DNA of 64,000 nucleotides from an uncultured Candidatus Saccharibacteria bacterium (GCA_903859365.1 CAIOMD010000013.1:1081-65080), one strand, 5' to 3'; numbered from the stretch's first letter, positions 25,878 to 35,934 are shown. Numbers and translations: made by a program. The notes: generated from the letters alone by a model not told the origin.

Positions 25878-27167
25878 TTACAAATCTTTTACAGCTAGCC
25901 TTTTTTGCTTAGTCGTATCCCTGTCTCTGACAGTTACAGTCCCATCGGTTAGGGTATCGAAATCAATAACAACACACTTTGGTGTGCCAATTTCATCCTG
26001 TCTTCGATATCGTTTACCGATGTTGCCATTATCATCCCACATAACATTATGATATTTTTTTTGCAGAATTGTATAAATTTCTCTGGCTTTTTTTACAAGT
26101 TCGGGCTTGTTTTTTAAGAGTGGACTTACGCAAAATTTTACTGGTGCTAGTTCAGTTGGTAATTTTAAAAATATTCTTTTTTCTCCGTTAATCTCGTCTT
26201 CTGTATAGGCTTCAGCAAGTACTGCCATCATAACTCTTTCGACTCCAAAACTAGGCTCAATAACATGCGGAACGAATTTGTTATTACTTCCTTTTTGAAT
26301 ATATTCCATGGACTTACCAGTAGCCTTCTGAATATTCAAAAGATCAAAATCTGTTCTATAAGCAAGGCCCATCAACTCTTCTTTACCTATTGGAAAATCA
26401 TATTCAAAATCTATTGTTCTTTTGCTGTAATGCGCCCTATCGCTCTCAGGGACATCCAGCTCATGAATTCTTGCTTCATCAAGTCCAAGTGCTCTAAACC
26501 ATTCATATATATCAGCTCTCCATTTTTCGAAAGATTTTTCCCAGTCATCGGGATGAACAAAATATTCTATCTCCATTTGCTCAAGCTCTCTCACTCTGAA
26601 AATAAAATCTCTAGGGCTAATTTCATTCCTGAATGCCTTGCCAATTTGCGCAACTCCAAAAGGCATGTCAGGATAAATTGTATCGACTATATTCTTATAA
26701 TTGGTAAAAATACCCTGCGCAGTCTCAGGTCTTAAATAAGCTATAGAATCTTCACTATCAATTGGACCCACATTTGTTTTAAACATCATGTTAAACATTT
26801 TAGCTTTACCAAAGGTACCCAACTTGGAACAATTCGGGCATTTTGAAATATCTATTTTGTCTGCTCTAAATCGGGAATTACAGTTATTGCATTCAACAAG
26901 CGGATCAGTAAAAGTATCGACGTGCCCACTCGCCTTCCAAACCTTTGGATTCATTATAATAGCAGCATCTATACCAAAGACATCATCTCTGCCATCAACG
27001 AACATACGCCACCATAAATTAGTAATATTTCTTTTTAGAGATACCCCGAAAGGACCGAAATCATAAAACCCTGATATACCACCGTATACTTCACTGCCTT
27101 GATATATAAAACCTCTTCGCTTAGCGAGACTAACGATATCTTCAAGATTTGTTTTATTTTTTGTCAT
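25878..27167 (-). CDS. glyQS: Glycine--tRNA ligase (dimeric GlyQS type)
   Basis: RRGFIYQGSEVYGGISGFYDFGPFG..FRNEISPR..PHVIEPSFGVERV. Confidence 0.95.
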   Translation of the reverse strand: MTKNKTNLEDIVSLAKRRGFIYQGSEVYGGISGFYDFGPFGVSLKRNITNLWWRMFVDGRDDVFGIDAAIIMNPKVWKASGHVDTFTDPLVECNNCNSRFRADKIDISKCPNCSKLGTFGKAKMFNMMFKTNVGPIDSEDSIAYLRPETAQGIFTNYKNIVDTIYPDMPFGVAQIGKAFRNEISPRDFIFRVRELEQMEIEYFVHPDDWEKSFEKWRADIYEWFRALGLDEARIHELDVPESDRAHYSKRTIDFEYDFPIGKEELMGLAYRTDFDLLNIQKATGKSMEYIQKGSNNKFVPHVIEPSFGVERVMMAVLAEAYTEDEINGEKRIFLKLPTELAPVKFCVSPLLKNKPELVKKAREIYTILQKKYHNVMWDDNGNIGKRYRRQDEIGTPKCVVIDFDTLTDGTVTVRDRDTTKQKRLAVKDL

Positions 27168-27182
27168 TAATTTATTATATGT

Positions 27183-27869
27183 TTAAAACTGATATTCTAC
27201 AAAACTGTTTAGATATGGAGCGATTGTAGTCGCTAATTCGTCACCCCCTTTTACGAGCGCTAACCATTCCGGACCCTTTAGTAATGCCAAACGTAGGTAC
27301 TTAATGTGTGCTGATGCGAATTTTCCATCTGCTGCTAATCTGAAACCAGCCATCTCATATTCAAATGAATATCGGCCATTTTCTTCAAAACCTTTTTCGT
27401 CAATGGTTGCCTCTATGTTGATAGAATGTCCGGTAACATTACTGAGCTGTACTGCCCACCAGACCGATACGGCTGCATTTGATAATTTTGGATTATCAAG
27501 TGCCTCAAAAAGCTGCTTTAAGAGATGAAAATACTCCATACCAGTTTCAGTGGTCGTGTATTTATTAATAAGTTTGAGACAGTTATAGCCGAATTCAATT
27601 TTGGTTAAATCATTAAAAAAACTGTTGTATTGCTTGGTAAGCCTGGCTGCCGTGAGAGTGCCAAGATCACCCTTACCTTCAACAAACCCAATGTCACTCA
27701 CAGAAAATAGCTCTATGCCACCAGCAAGTTTACTTTTCTCTTTTCTTGTCCCTTTCGCTATTAGACTTACTTTTCCAAAATCTCTCGTAAGCACGGTTAA
27801 TATTCTGTCTGCTTCGGCATAATTAATTCGTGCCAAAATTACGCCTTGAGTATTTTTAGGAATTTTCAT
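27183..27869 (-). CDS. recO: DNA repair protein RecO
   Basis: OB-fold N-terminus GVILARINYAEADRILTVLTRDFGKVSLIAKG. Length is typical. Confidence 0.85.
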   Translation of the reverse strand: MKIPKNTQGVILARINYAEADRILTVLTRDFGKVSLIAKGTRKEKSKLAGGIELFSVSDIGFVEGKGDLGTLTAARLTKQYNSFFNDLTKIEFGYNCLKLINKYTTTETGMEYFHLLKQLFEALDNPKLSNAAVSVWWAVQLSNVTGHSINIEATIDEKGFEENGRYSFEYEMAGFRLAADGKFASAHIKYLRLALLKGPEWLALVKGGDELATTIAPYLNSFVEYQF

Positions 27870-28236
27870 AATGAATTAAACTCACTGAATCAACGAGCCT
27901 ATCAAGGCTAGTTGTGGCTTTATATAAATATTTATCAATACCTAGTTGTTTCCATATTCTTGAATTTAAATTGAGAGATGTCTTAGGGACGCTACTGTGT
28001 ATGATTACTCTAATATTTGTCCAATCTTCATAACTTCTGAACTCATGGAGAAATTCAATACCACTATGACCAGAAAGCTGTAATTCTAATATAATCACTG
28101 AGGGCTTCAGCTCATCTATCATTGAAATAGCCTTTTGCGCAGTTTGGGCAATATAAGCATTTTTTCCAGTATTAAGCATGGCCTTTTGATATACCTTAGC
28201 TAAAATTCCATCAGGTTCAATTATTAAAACATTCAT
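27856..28236 (-). CDS. Stand-alone receiver-domain protein with Glu in place of the phospho-acceptor Asp
   Basis: Receiver-like layout, but the expected DxxxP position reads IILELQLSGHSG (E51) and the acidic pocket reads IIEPDG. It overlaps recO by 14 nt. Confidence 0.7.
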   Translation of the reverse strand: MNVLIIEPDGILAKVYQKAMLNTGKNAYIAQTAQKAISMIDELKPSVIILELQLSGHSGIEFLHEFRSYEDWTNIRVIIHSSVPKTSLNLNSRIWKQLGIDKYLYKATTSLDRLVDSVSLIHYENS

Positions 28237-28246
28237 GTTTTTACAA

Positions 28247-28939
28247 TTAAAGAAAAGTTAATTGTCCCGACAGTGGTAAATAAAATCCAATTCCCTTTTG
28301 TTTTTTGTGCGCAAAGTTTTTAAGTTCACTTCCTAGCGCTTCAACTAAATGATTTGAAATCAGAAGACCAATTGCTGAATTATACATATCCTTAGGTGCT
28401 GAAGCTCGAGCGGCTTCACTCAATTGTCCTATCTTTCTTATGGATTCCATTTGAATATAACTGTCAGTTGAATAAACGCCAATCCTTTGCACATTTGGTG
28501 CTGTTTGTTGAGCAGCAATAACAAGGCGAGTTCTTTTTGAGCTATCTTGTTGAGCAGCAATATGGCTTGATGCCAAACCGAACAACGCACCCCTGACTGC
28601 CGCTTCATTGGCATAAATTGGTTCTAGTTTCTTTGAAGTATCAAGTTCAATCTCAACGTTGTATGCTTGAGCTAATTTGTATAAATCATGAGCTACATCT
28701 TGCGCAAGTGCCGAAGCAGATACACTTGTAAGTGGTAGCTCTGATTGCAGTGTATTCATAGCAAATATTGCATGATCTATCATCATAAGTGCATTTTTTG
28801 TTAGTAAAACTGTGTTTTGTTGTGCTGAATTATCCAAAGGAACTGTTTCTGCAATTGCTTTGATTTGCAAAAAACGCATCTGTAAATCATACAGTAACAA
28901 TGAAATGTTGTTATCTTTTTCTAAATATATAGACGACAT
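28247..28939 (-). CDS. Hypothetical protein, possibly a degenerate histidine-kinase-like fold
   Basis: The C-terminal GLLISNHLVEALGSELKNF..KGIGFYLPL resembles the end of an HATPase_c domain. I could not recognise an H-box His, an N-box Asn or DxGxG. Confidence 0.4.
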   Translation of the reverse strand: MSSIYLEKDNNISLLLYDLQMRFLQIKAIAETVPLDNSAQQNTVLLTKNALMMIDHAIFAMNTLQSELPLTSVSASALAQDVAHDLYKLAQAYNVEIELDTSKKLEPIYANEAAVRGALFGLASSHIAAQQDSSKRTRLVIAAQQTAPNVQRIGVYSTDSYIQMESIRKIGQLSEAARASAPKDMYNSAIGLLISNHLVEALGSELKNFAHKKQKGIGFYLPLSGQLTFL

Positions 28940-28999
28940 AAAATAATGTAGATTAATTAAACCTCAATAACCCCTATCTTTCTAGATTATAGCACGCGC

Positions 29000-29752
29000 T
29001 TATGGAGCAAAGGTAAGATTCGGGAGTATCGTAGCGTTGAAATCATCTAAAGCTGCCGCGTTTTCAGACCAAACTTCGATTGTTTTATCCCTCAAAGGTA
29101 GCACTACCATAGTGCCAGTTGAATTGGGTTGATTTGGGTCTATAGCACCCGTAACCATTGAACCAGTAACTGAAGGTACATTTTTAGGAATATAAGCCGT
29201 TATTTGTAATTTTCCACCTGCTACCTGACCAGTAAACTGATCCATAATTTGTGCATAAGGTGTGTTAATGACTTGCATTCGTAAACTAAATATATTTGCC
29301 TGATTGGCGACATCAGGTACGAAATTTGGATAGAAATACGCATTCACGGGATTAGAGCTTTGCTGTGATTCAACAATATACGCACTCCATGTTTTAGGAT
29401 ATACAATTTTCACTGAACCTGCTGCTGAGGGAGTGATATAAGTTTTATTGGGTGATTTTGCCTCAGTTTGATATTTCGTGTCATCTGCGGTTTGTGTTTG
29501 CTGTATGGCGTTATTTACTGCAGTGCTAATAAGTGCATCGACATTATTTTTATATTTATTCATTTTAGTAAAAGATACTAATCCAAAGATTAGTAAGCCC
29601 ATAATAACAAGGCCTAAAACTGAGTAAATTATAATCGAAATCTTATTGCTTTTCTGTTGCGGCAATAAGGGTCCCCGAGGAACAGTATTTTGAGCCACGG
29701 GTGGGATATAGGGCTGTTGAGCGATATTTTGAGGATTTGAATCTGGTTGCAT
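29000..29752 (-). CDS. Bitopic membrane protein of unknown function
   Basis: Pro/Gln-rich N-terminus, a single TM segment (ISIIIYSVLGLVIMGLLIFGLV), and a ~180-aa predicted external domain. Confidence 0.6.
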   Translation of the reverse strand: MQPDSNPQNIAQQPYIPPVAQNTVPRGPLLPQQKSNKISIIIYSVLGLVIMGLLIFGLVSFTKMNKYKNNVDALISTAVNNAIQQTQTADDTKYQTEAKSPNKTYITPSAAGSVKIVYPKTWSAYIVESQQSSNPVNAYFYPNFVPDVANQANIFSLRMQVINTPYAQIMDQFTGQVAGGKLQITAYIPKNVPSVTGSMVTGAIDPNQPNSTGTMVVLPLRDKTIEVWSENAAALDDFNATILPNLTFAP

Positions 29753-29803
29753 TATTCTTATGCTATCATAAATTACTATTTATTTTTAAGAAATTTTTAT
29801 ATT

Positions 29804-30286
29804 TCAATATTGGTACAGAAAAAGTGCACCCTTTTTCTGTACGTATTTCTTTTTTGGTACCTTAAAGGCATAACTTACTAGTTTTAGAGGAACCTTTTTT
29901 TCTCTATTAAGAATTTTTTTATTTAATTTTTCCATATACCTATCAAGTAAAAATACATAAATCCCATTCGCGTCTGGAAATTCTTCTGTCCAAAAATTAG
30001 CCCATTTTATCGTGACAAATTTTCTTTGTGGCCAACATATTAACCTTGAAATTAGAACCAGTATTGGATTAAGCTCGTATCCTACGCAAAATACTTCTTT
30101 TTTTGCCATTTCCTTAAGCATTCTGCCGTCTCCTGAACCGAGCTCCAACAAGAGCTCACCTTTTTTTAAATCAAGTAACTCTATAGCTGCCAGTTTCTCT
30201 TTTTTTAGAGTCGGCAGATATGGCGCACCAAAGAAAATAACAATAGAAAAACAAATCAATATAACTATTAAAATAGCTGCCAGCAC
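29804..30286 (-). CDS. Small membrane-anchored class I SAM-dependent methyltransferase
   Basis: N-terminal TM segment, then motif I LLELGSGDGRML. Confidence 0.55.
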   Translation of the reverse strand: MLAAILIVILICFSIVIFFGAPYLPTLKKEKLAAIELLDLKKGELLLELGSGDGRMLKEMAKKEVFCVGYELNPILVLISRLICWPQRKFVTIKWANFWTEEFPDANGIYVFLLDRYMEKLNKKILNREKKVPLKLVSYAFKVPKKKYVQKKGALFLYQY

Positions 30287-30496
30287 TTATTCAGCAGCTC
30301 CGTTTTTGATAATAAGGTCGATAGATTTTTTCTTTACAGAAAGGTAAGCTTCTAATTCATCAATAATTTTTTTCGCTTGTTCATATTTTTCAATAGACTG
30401 TTCTATAGAAACGTGGTCACCCTCAAACCAACTCATTACTTCTTCTAGATCTCTCTTTTTTTGTGAGTAATCGAAATTGTCTTTAGCCATAATCAA
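30287..30496 (-). CDS. xseB: Exodeoxyribonuclease VII small subunit
   Basis: 69 aa, SIEQSIEKYEQAKKIIDELEAYL. Overlaps xseA by 4 nt. Confidence 0.85.
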   Translation of the reverse strand: MIMAKDNFDYSQKKRDLEEVMSWFEGDHVSIEQSIEKYEQAKKIIDELEAYLSVKKKSIDLIIKNGAAE

Positions 30497-31623
30497 TCCT
30501 TTCCAATCTTATTTATAGCTAGTATACGCGCTTCTATATCAGCATAGTGAGTACTGACTGTTATAGCGTCACTAACTTTAAGGGTTTCTACCTTTATGAT
30601 TTTTCCTTCTTTTTTCACCAAACTGTAACCTCGCTTAAGTATATTGTTCGGATTATACGCAACAAAGAGATCCTTAAAATTCTCGACTTTTTGTTTTTCT
30701 ATTTCAAAAATTATTCTTAAATTTCGTACCAAATTGAGCCTAACCTGATGAAGGTTAGTTTCTTCTGCCTGCAAAGGAGCATTTAAATATTCTACTAGTA
30801 GCGTTTTAGATTGCTGTAAATACTTTCGCTCGAATTGAAGATCGGGAACCATTAATTCCGCGGCATTACTAGGAGTTGAAGCTCGTTTGTCCGCCGCAAG
30901 CTCCCCTAAACTTAAATTTATTTCATGTCCAATAGCCACAAGGGTTGGTATTCTACTGCTTGAAATTTTCCTCACCACTCGTTCGTCGTTGAATGCACTT
31001 AAATCATCCTCAGAACCGCCTCCTCGAATAATGACAAGTGCATCTAGGTTACTATTTGATTCATTAAAGTAATCGATTGCTTGAACGATTTCCGCAGGAG
31101 CACCCTCCCCTTGCACTAACACATTACATACTTCAACTGTGATAAAAGGCCAACGCGCATTTAAAATTTTTATAAAATCAGCATAGGCTGCGGAATGCAA
31201 TGACGTAATGAGCCCTATTCCTACAGGGGGATATTTAATCATCCTTTTTCGATCTTGCTTGAAGAGGCCTTCATTTTCGAGTTTCATTTTTAGCGCATCA
31301 AGTAGCTTCTTTATGGTGCCTTCACCACTTGGTGTAATTGTTTGAACGCTTATAGAAAAACCAAATTTATTGTGCAAATGTGGTCGACCGGTGACCTTAA
31401 CCACCATTCCATTCTCAAGTGGCCCCGGCAAATGAAAGATAGTCCCGAAAAAACTGACCTTTGACTCACTATCTATTACATCAAAATATAGCCATTTATT
31501 TTTACTAATTCTAAAATTAGAAATTTCACCTTCAATACAAACAATACCGAGCGCGTATTCGAGTGTTTGATTTGTAATCGCTACAAAATCACTAGGCGAT
31601 AAAATCAATTCGGTTTGCATCAC
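30493..31623 (-). CDS. xseA: Exodeoxyribonuclease VII large subunit
   Basis: OB-fold N-terminus (VCIEGEISNFRISKNKWLYFDV), IIRGGGSEDDLSAFNDE, SAIGHE-like AIGHEINLS. Confidence 0.9.
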   Translation of the reverse strand: MMQTELILSPSDFVAITNQTLEYALGIVCIEGEISNFRISKNKWLYFDVIDSESKVSFFGTIFHLPGPLENGMVVKVTGRPHLHNKFGFSISVQTITPSGEGTIKKLLDALKMKLENEGLFKQDRKRMIKYPPVGIGLITSLHSAAYADFIKILNARWPFITVEVCNVLVQGEGAPAEIVQAIDYFNESNSNLDALVIIRGGGSEDDLSAFNDERVVRKISSSRIPTLVAIGHEINLSLGELAADKRASTPSNAAELMVPDLQFERKYLQQSKTLLVEYLNAPLQAEETNLHQVRLNLVRNLRIIFEIEKQKVENFKDLFVAYNPNNILKRGYSLVKKEGKIIKVETLKVSDAITVSTHYADIEARILAINKIGKD

Positions 31624-32659
31624 GATTTGGGACCTCTGCTTGCCCCTTCCTTAACGCTATTTGGTAATAAATAAATCCTATGGGTAAGAAAATTACTCCG
31701 GTTAAAATTCGATAAATCAGTGTTGCTGAGAGTGCTAGCGCCTTGGGAACTCCGGCTCCAGTTAGTGTAGCTGTCATGAGTGCTTCGTATATCCCGATTC
31801 CTCCTGGCAAAATTGAGACTAAACCAGCGAAACTCGCGACAGCATAGGCTAGAATAACTGCCCCAGGATTAACTGGGTGTCCGAGCGCAACGTAGGCAAG
31901 ATAAACGGTACCAACTTCAGACACGTTCATTATAAGGGACCAGAAAAACGGTACTTTAAGTTTTCGCCAATCTTTAGCGATTATTGAATAATCTTTATTA
32001 AGCCCTTCAAAAAGTCGTTCTAGTCGCGATAGATCAATGGTGTTTTTTCCTTTTTTAAATGGACGGAGAATTCCGTTCAAGATTCTAGGTATAAATGCAG
32101 TAAACGTCTTAATTCTTTTCTTATCACTAATAACATAAGTGCCCACAAGAACTCCAAAAAGAGTCAGGAAAGTAATTGAGAGGCCTACGAAAAGCGCAAC
32201 GCCGCTGTGACCTCTGCCGCTGCCAAAACTAAGAAAAAACATACCAATAAACAAAATTATGAGAAAAGATACAAACGTTAATGCAAACCGCATAACTTGT
32301 GCGAGGGTTGACCTCGATGACGCAATACCGTATTGCTTGAGCCGTAGAGATAAATAAGAAAAACCCACTACCCCACCACTAGGAAAAACCTGATTAATAA
32401 AATTAAGTTCAAGTGCAACTCGATACATAGATTTTCTAGATAATGTTTCGCCAGTTTGTTTAAAATAACTTCTGTAAAGTTCGGCAACTGAGTAGAAATT
32501 TAAAATTTGCATAGGTATCATGAGTAAAATTATCGATGCCTTGGCCCCGCTCATTTCTCTGAATCCATCAGTTAATTGTGGCCACGAAGTATAAATAACA
32601 AAGGCAAATGCCACGAATGTGACAATATTTACAATCAGTTTTAATCTACTATTCAACAT
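31592..32659 (-). CDS. UPF0104 / lysyl-phosphatidylglycerol-synthase-TM-like (flippase-like) membrane protein
   Basis: Eight or so hydrophobic segments and LPGGIGIYEALMT. Confidence 0.7.
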   Translation of the reverse strand: MLNSRLKLIVNIVTFVAFAFVIYTSWPQLTDGFREMSGAKASIILLMIPMQILNFYSVAELYRSYFKQTGETLSRKSMYRVALELNFINQVFPSGGVVGFSYLSLRLKQYGIASSRSTLAQVMRFALTFVSFLIILFIGMFFLSFGSGRGHSGVALFVGLSITFLTLFGVLVGTYVISDKKRIKTFTAFIPRILNGILRPFKKGKNTIDLSRLERLFEGLNKDYSIIAKDWRKLKVPFFWSLIMNVSEVGTVYLAYVALGHPVNPGAVILAYAVASFAGLVSILPGGIGIYEALMTATLTGAGVPKALALSATLIYRILTGVIFLPIGFIYYQIALRKGQAEVPNRDANRIDFIA

Positions 32660-32704
32660 ATTGCTTGGACTTAGTATACATTATCCAGTTATAATAATTT
32701 AAAC

Positions 32705-33892
32705 ATGAATTCATTACTTTTCTTGGGACGACAACCCAATCTTGGCATTGCTGAACTTGAGTCAGTATATGGTGCAGAGCATTTAACCTTTATTTGGGAT
32801 AAATTCGTGATATCAGATTTACCAAATAATTCTTTTGATTTGATGAGACTTGGTTCAGTGCTTAAAATTACCGAGATTATAGAAGAAATATCTCTAGCAA
32901 AAATTAAAGATTTAGATTTTACAATTACCAAGATAGTCTCTAAACATATCAAAGATAATGATATTTCTTCGAAATTTAACCTTGGCATTAGTTCTCACAA
33001 CAGTGGCATGGATAAAAACGAATTAACAAAATTAGCTTTGACCGTAAAAAAAAATCTCAAAAAGGAAGCCTTCTCAATTAGAATTATCCCGAACAAATAC
33101 GAGATAATCTCCACCGCACAGGTAATTCACAACGATTTAACCAACGCCATGAAAGGTCTTGAAATTGTTCTGGTACGAAAAAAAGATTTATTATTAATAG
33201 TAAAGACAGCGCAAGAACAAAATATTGAGGCATATGCAGCCAGAGACCAAGCGCGACCCTACAGGGATGCGTATGTGGGTATGCTACCTCCAAAACTTGC
33301 ACAAACAATTATTAATTTTGCCGTGGGTAAAAAAGATTTAAAAAGCATAGAGATCCTAGATCCATTTTGCGGGACTGGTGTTTTACTTCAAGAGGCGTTA
33401 CTAATGGGATGCCCGGTAGTAACGGGCACTGACCTAGAAGAAAGAATGATTGAATATTCTCGGGGAAACATTGATTGGCTAGAAAAAAAATATAATGCGA
33501 GTAAACAATCAATAATCATAGAACAGGATGACGCAACCTCAGCGGCTTGGTCTGAGTTTAATTGTGTTGCCTCCGAAACCTATCTCGGAAAACCACTGTC
33601 AACCATTCCTCGAAAAGACTTTTTAAGAGAACTAATAGAACCCGTTAACTTACTGCATAAAAAATTCTTAAAAAATATTTACACTCAGTTAGCTTCTGGT
33701 GCAAGAATATGTTTAGCAGTCCCCGCCTGGAAAACGGATAATAACCAATTTATACACCTTCCAGTTCTTGACCAATTAGCAGAATTAGGGTACAATCGAA
33801 TAGCTTTAGAAAAAGTAAGTTCAAAAGATTTACTCTACTTTCGACCCGATCAAATAGTAGCGAGAGAATTAGTAATACTCACAAGGAAATAA
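32705..33892 (+). CDS. Putative RNA N-methyltransferase (UPF0020/Trm11-like)
   Basis: MLPPKLAQTIINFA..ILDPFCGTGVLLQEALLMG. Confidence 0.6.
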   Translation: MNSLLFLGRQPNLGIAELESVYGAEHLTFIWDKFVISDLPNNSFDLMRLGSVLKITEIIEEISLAKIKDLDFTITKIVSKHIKDNDISSKFNLGISSHNSGMDKNELTKLALTVKKNLKKEAFSIRIIPNKYEIISTAQVIHNDLTNAMKGLEIVLVRKKDLLLIVKTAQEQNIEAYAARDQARPYRDAYVGMLPPKLAQTIINFAVGKKDLKSIEILDPFCGTGVLLQEALLMGCPVVTGTDLEERMIEYSRGNIDWLEKKYNASKQSIIIEQDDATSAAWSEFNCVASETYLGKPLSTIPRKDFLRELIEPVNLLHKKFLKNIYTQLASGARICLAVPAWKTDNNQFIHLPVLDQLAELGYNRIALEKVSSKDLLYFRPDQIVARELVILTRK

Positions 33893-33893
33893 A

Positions 33894-34166
33894 ATGTCAC
33901 ACGTTAAAGCAGGTGGAACCAGTAAAAATAACCATGATAGCCCCGGTCAAAGACTTGGTGTTAAGAGATTTGGTGGCCAAAAAGTTAGAACTGGTGAAGT
34001 AATCATCCGTCAAGTTGGTCAAACAAAGTTAGCAGGTGACGGCACCTTCATGAGCAGAAACTTTACCATACACGCCGCAAAAGACGGTATCGTCTCTTTC
34101 AAGCAAAGAGCATCTCGTAAATTTACAGGTAAGACAGTTCGAAGAACTGAAGTAGTTGTAGAATAA
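33894..34166 (+). CDS. rpmA: 50S ribosomal protein L27
   Basis: MSHVKAGGTSKNNHDSPGQRLGVKRFGGQ. Confidence 0.95.
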   Translation: MSHVKAGGTSKNNHDSPGQRLGVKRFGGQKVRTGEVIIRQVGQTKLAGDGTFMSRNFTIHAAKDGIVSFKQRASRKFTGKTVRRTEVVVE

Positions 34167-34187
34167 GTAACTAGATATAAACTGATT

Positions 34188-34216
34188 AGTCTCCTTTTAC
34201 TAGGAGACTTTTTTTA
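34188..34216 (+). terminator. Rho-independent terminator after rpmA
   Basis: AGTCTCC-TTTTACTA-GGAGACT followed by TTTTTTT. Confidence 0.75.
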
Positions 34217-34591
34217 TTGTAATTGTTTTTTAATTCTATCAAGAACATCTACAATTAATACTTGTGATTTAACGAGGTAATCATCAGCGCCTAATTCCAT
34301 CGCCCGTTTTTTATCAGATTCCTGGCCCATAGCAGTTAGCATGACGATCTTTATGGCGGCAGTTTCGGGCGTATTCTTCAAAATATCTAAAACATCAAAG
34401 CCACTTACTTTTGGCATCATAATGTCTAGGAGAATTAAATCTGGCTGAAAATCAATTGCAGCTGCCAAAGCATCTTCCCCATTATTGACCCTGTTTAAAG
34501 AGTAACTTTCATTGCTTAGGCGTACCTCATAAATACCAGCCAGGCTATCATCATCTTCAACAATTAAAATTTTCTTTGAATTTGATTCCAT
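34214..34591 (-). CDS. Stand-alone CheY-like receiver protein (canonical Asp)
   Basis: IVEDDD, DLILLDIMMPKVSGFDVLDIL, MLTA, YLVKSQV. It is a close paralogue of the receiver part of 1464-2378. Confidence 0.85.
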   Translation of the reverse strand: MESNSKKILIVEDDDSLAGIYEVRLSNESYSLNRVNNGEDALAAAIDFQPDLILLDIMMPKVSGFDVLDILKNTPETAAIKIVMLTAMGQESDKKRAMELGADDYLVKSQVLIVDVLDRIKKQLQ

Positions 34592-34651
34592 TTATGCTTT
34601 AATCTTATGCCAAACAGATAATATCTGCAAGTATCCACTATAATCACGAAT

Positions 34652-35887
34652 TTATTTAGAGTTCAGATAATCTTCTGCTGCTTGAAGCTGTACATCTTGG
34701 CCAGCTGATATCTGAGCGTCTGTAATGGGAACAATTTTTACAGGATTCAAGCCCGTTTTGTTTATAGTTTTACCAAGTGGTGTAAACCAATGTGCTACAG
34801 TAACTTTTAGCATTTCACCATTAGCAAAGTTACTGAATTCTTGTACACTTCCTTTTCCGAATGATTTAGTACCAAGGGTTATAGCGGCATTATTGTCTAC
34901 AAGAGCACCTGCTGTAATCTCGCTTGCACTTGCACTACCACCGTTAATTAAAACTACGGTTGGTATTCCGACTAATTGTCCATTTTGTGGAGCTGAATAA
35001 GTTTGTGTGACAATATTATTAGTCTTCTTGATCACTACAACTTGGCCTTGCTTAAGCCATTCGCTTGAGACATTTTCAGCTGCCTCAAGGTAACCGCCCG
35101 GGTTATCTCTGAGATCAAGGATGATTGAATTACAATGCTGAGCTTTGAAGCCAGCTGCAGCAGTATCAACTAGCTGAGTTGTATCTTCACCAAATTGACT
35201 TATCTGTATATATCCAATATTTCCAGCTAATGTTTTAGTAGTCACACTCGGAATTGTTATAGACTTTCTTACAATAGAAAAATCTAAGTTCTGCGATCCT
35301 CGTAGAATCGTTAATTTTACTGTAGTGTCGGGGTTTCCTCTTATAAGGGAAATCGCTTGATCTATGGTCATTCCAGAAGTTGATACATCATTAATTTTGA
35401 TAATAATATCCTGAGCCTTGATACCCGCTTTGTCTGCAGGTGAACCCGCAATTGGGGCTATAACAATTATCGAGCCTTGCTGGTCACCTAATTGTGCCCC
35501 AATGCCAGTTATTGTCCCACTTAGTTGATTATTAAAGTCTTTGGCTTGGGTAGCATCAAAATAAGTCGTATAAGGGTCACCTGCAGCAGAAACGAGCCCC
35601 TGCTTGAGGCCTACCATTAGTTTATTTACATCAAGCTTACCATCGTACTTCTGTTTCAACTGTTGATATACGGCATTAACAGACGAATAATCGAGTTTAT
35701 CAGGTAAGTTGTTATTTTGTTTATTCTTACTAAAATAATTAATCTGCCAACTACCGTTACCGACTTGCAGACCTGCAAAAAAAACAAAACTCACAGCTAT
35801 GACCGAGCTAATACTTTTAAGTACCCTGCTATGCTTTTTATAAGATTGGCTCAACTTCTTGTGTATTTTTTTTCCCATGTAATACAT
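34652..35887 (-). CDS. C-terminal processing (S41) peptidase with PDZ domain
   Basis: N-terminal TM, PDZ region, INGGSASASEI (Ser) and KSFGKGSVQ (Lys). The start could be the ATG at 35878. Confidence 0.88.
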   Translation of the reverse strand: MYYMGKKIHKKLSQSYKKHSRVLKSISSVIAVSFVFFAGLQVGNGSWQINYFSKNKQNNNLPDKLDYSSVNAVYQQLKQKYDGKLDVNKLMVGLKQGLVSAAGDPYTTYFDATQAKDFNNQLSGTITGIGAQLGDQQGSIIVIAPIAGSPADKAGIKAQDIIIKINDVSTSGMTIDQAISLIRGNPDTTVKLTILRGSQNLDFSIVRKSITIPSVTTKTLAGNIGYIQISQFGEDTTQLVDTAAAGFKAQHCNSIILDLRDNPGGYLEAAENVSSEWLKQGQVVVIKKTNNIVTQTYSAPQNGQLVGIPTVVLINGGSASASEITAGALVDNNAAITLGTKSFGKGSVQEFSNFANGEMLKVTVAHWFTPLGKTINKTGLNPVKIVPITDAQISAGQDVQLQAAEDYLNSK

Positions 35888-35934
35888 AAATTATAACATA
35901 AATTTGATTAACATAAGCCTTAAAAGAATACCTA

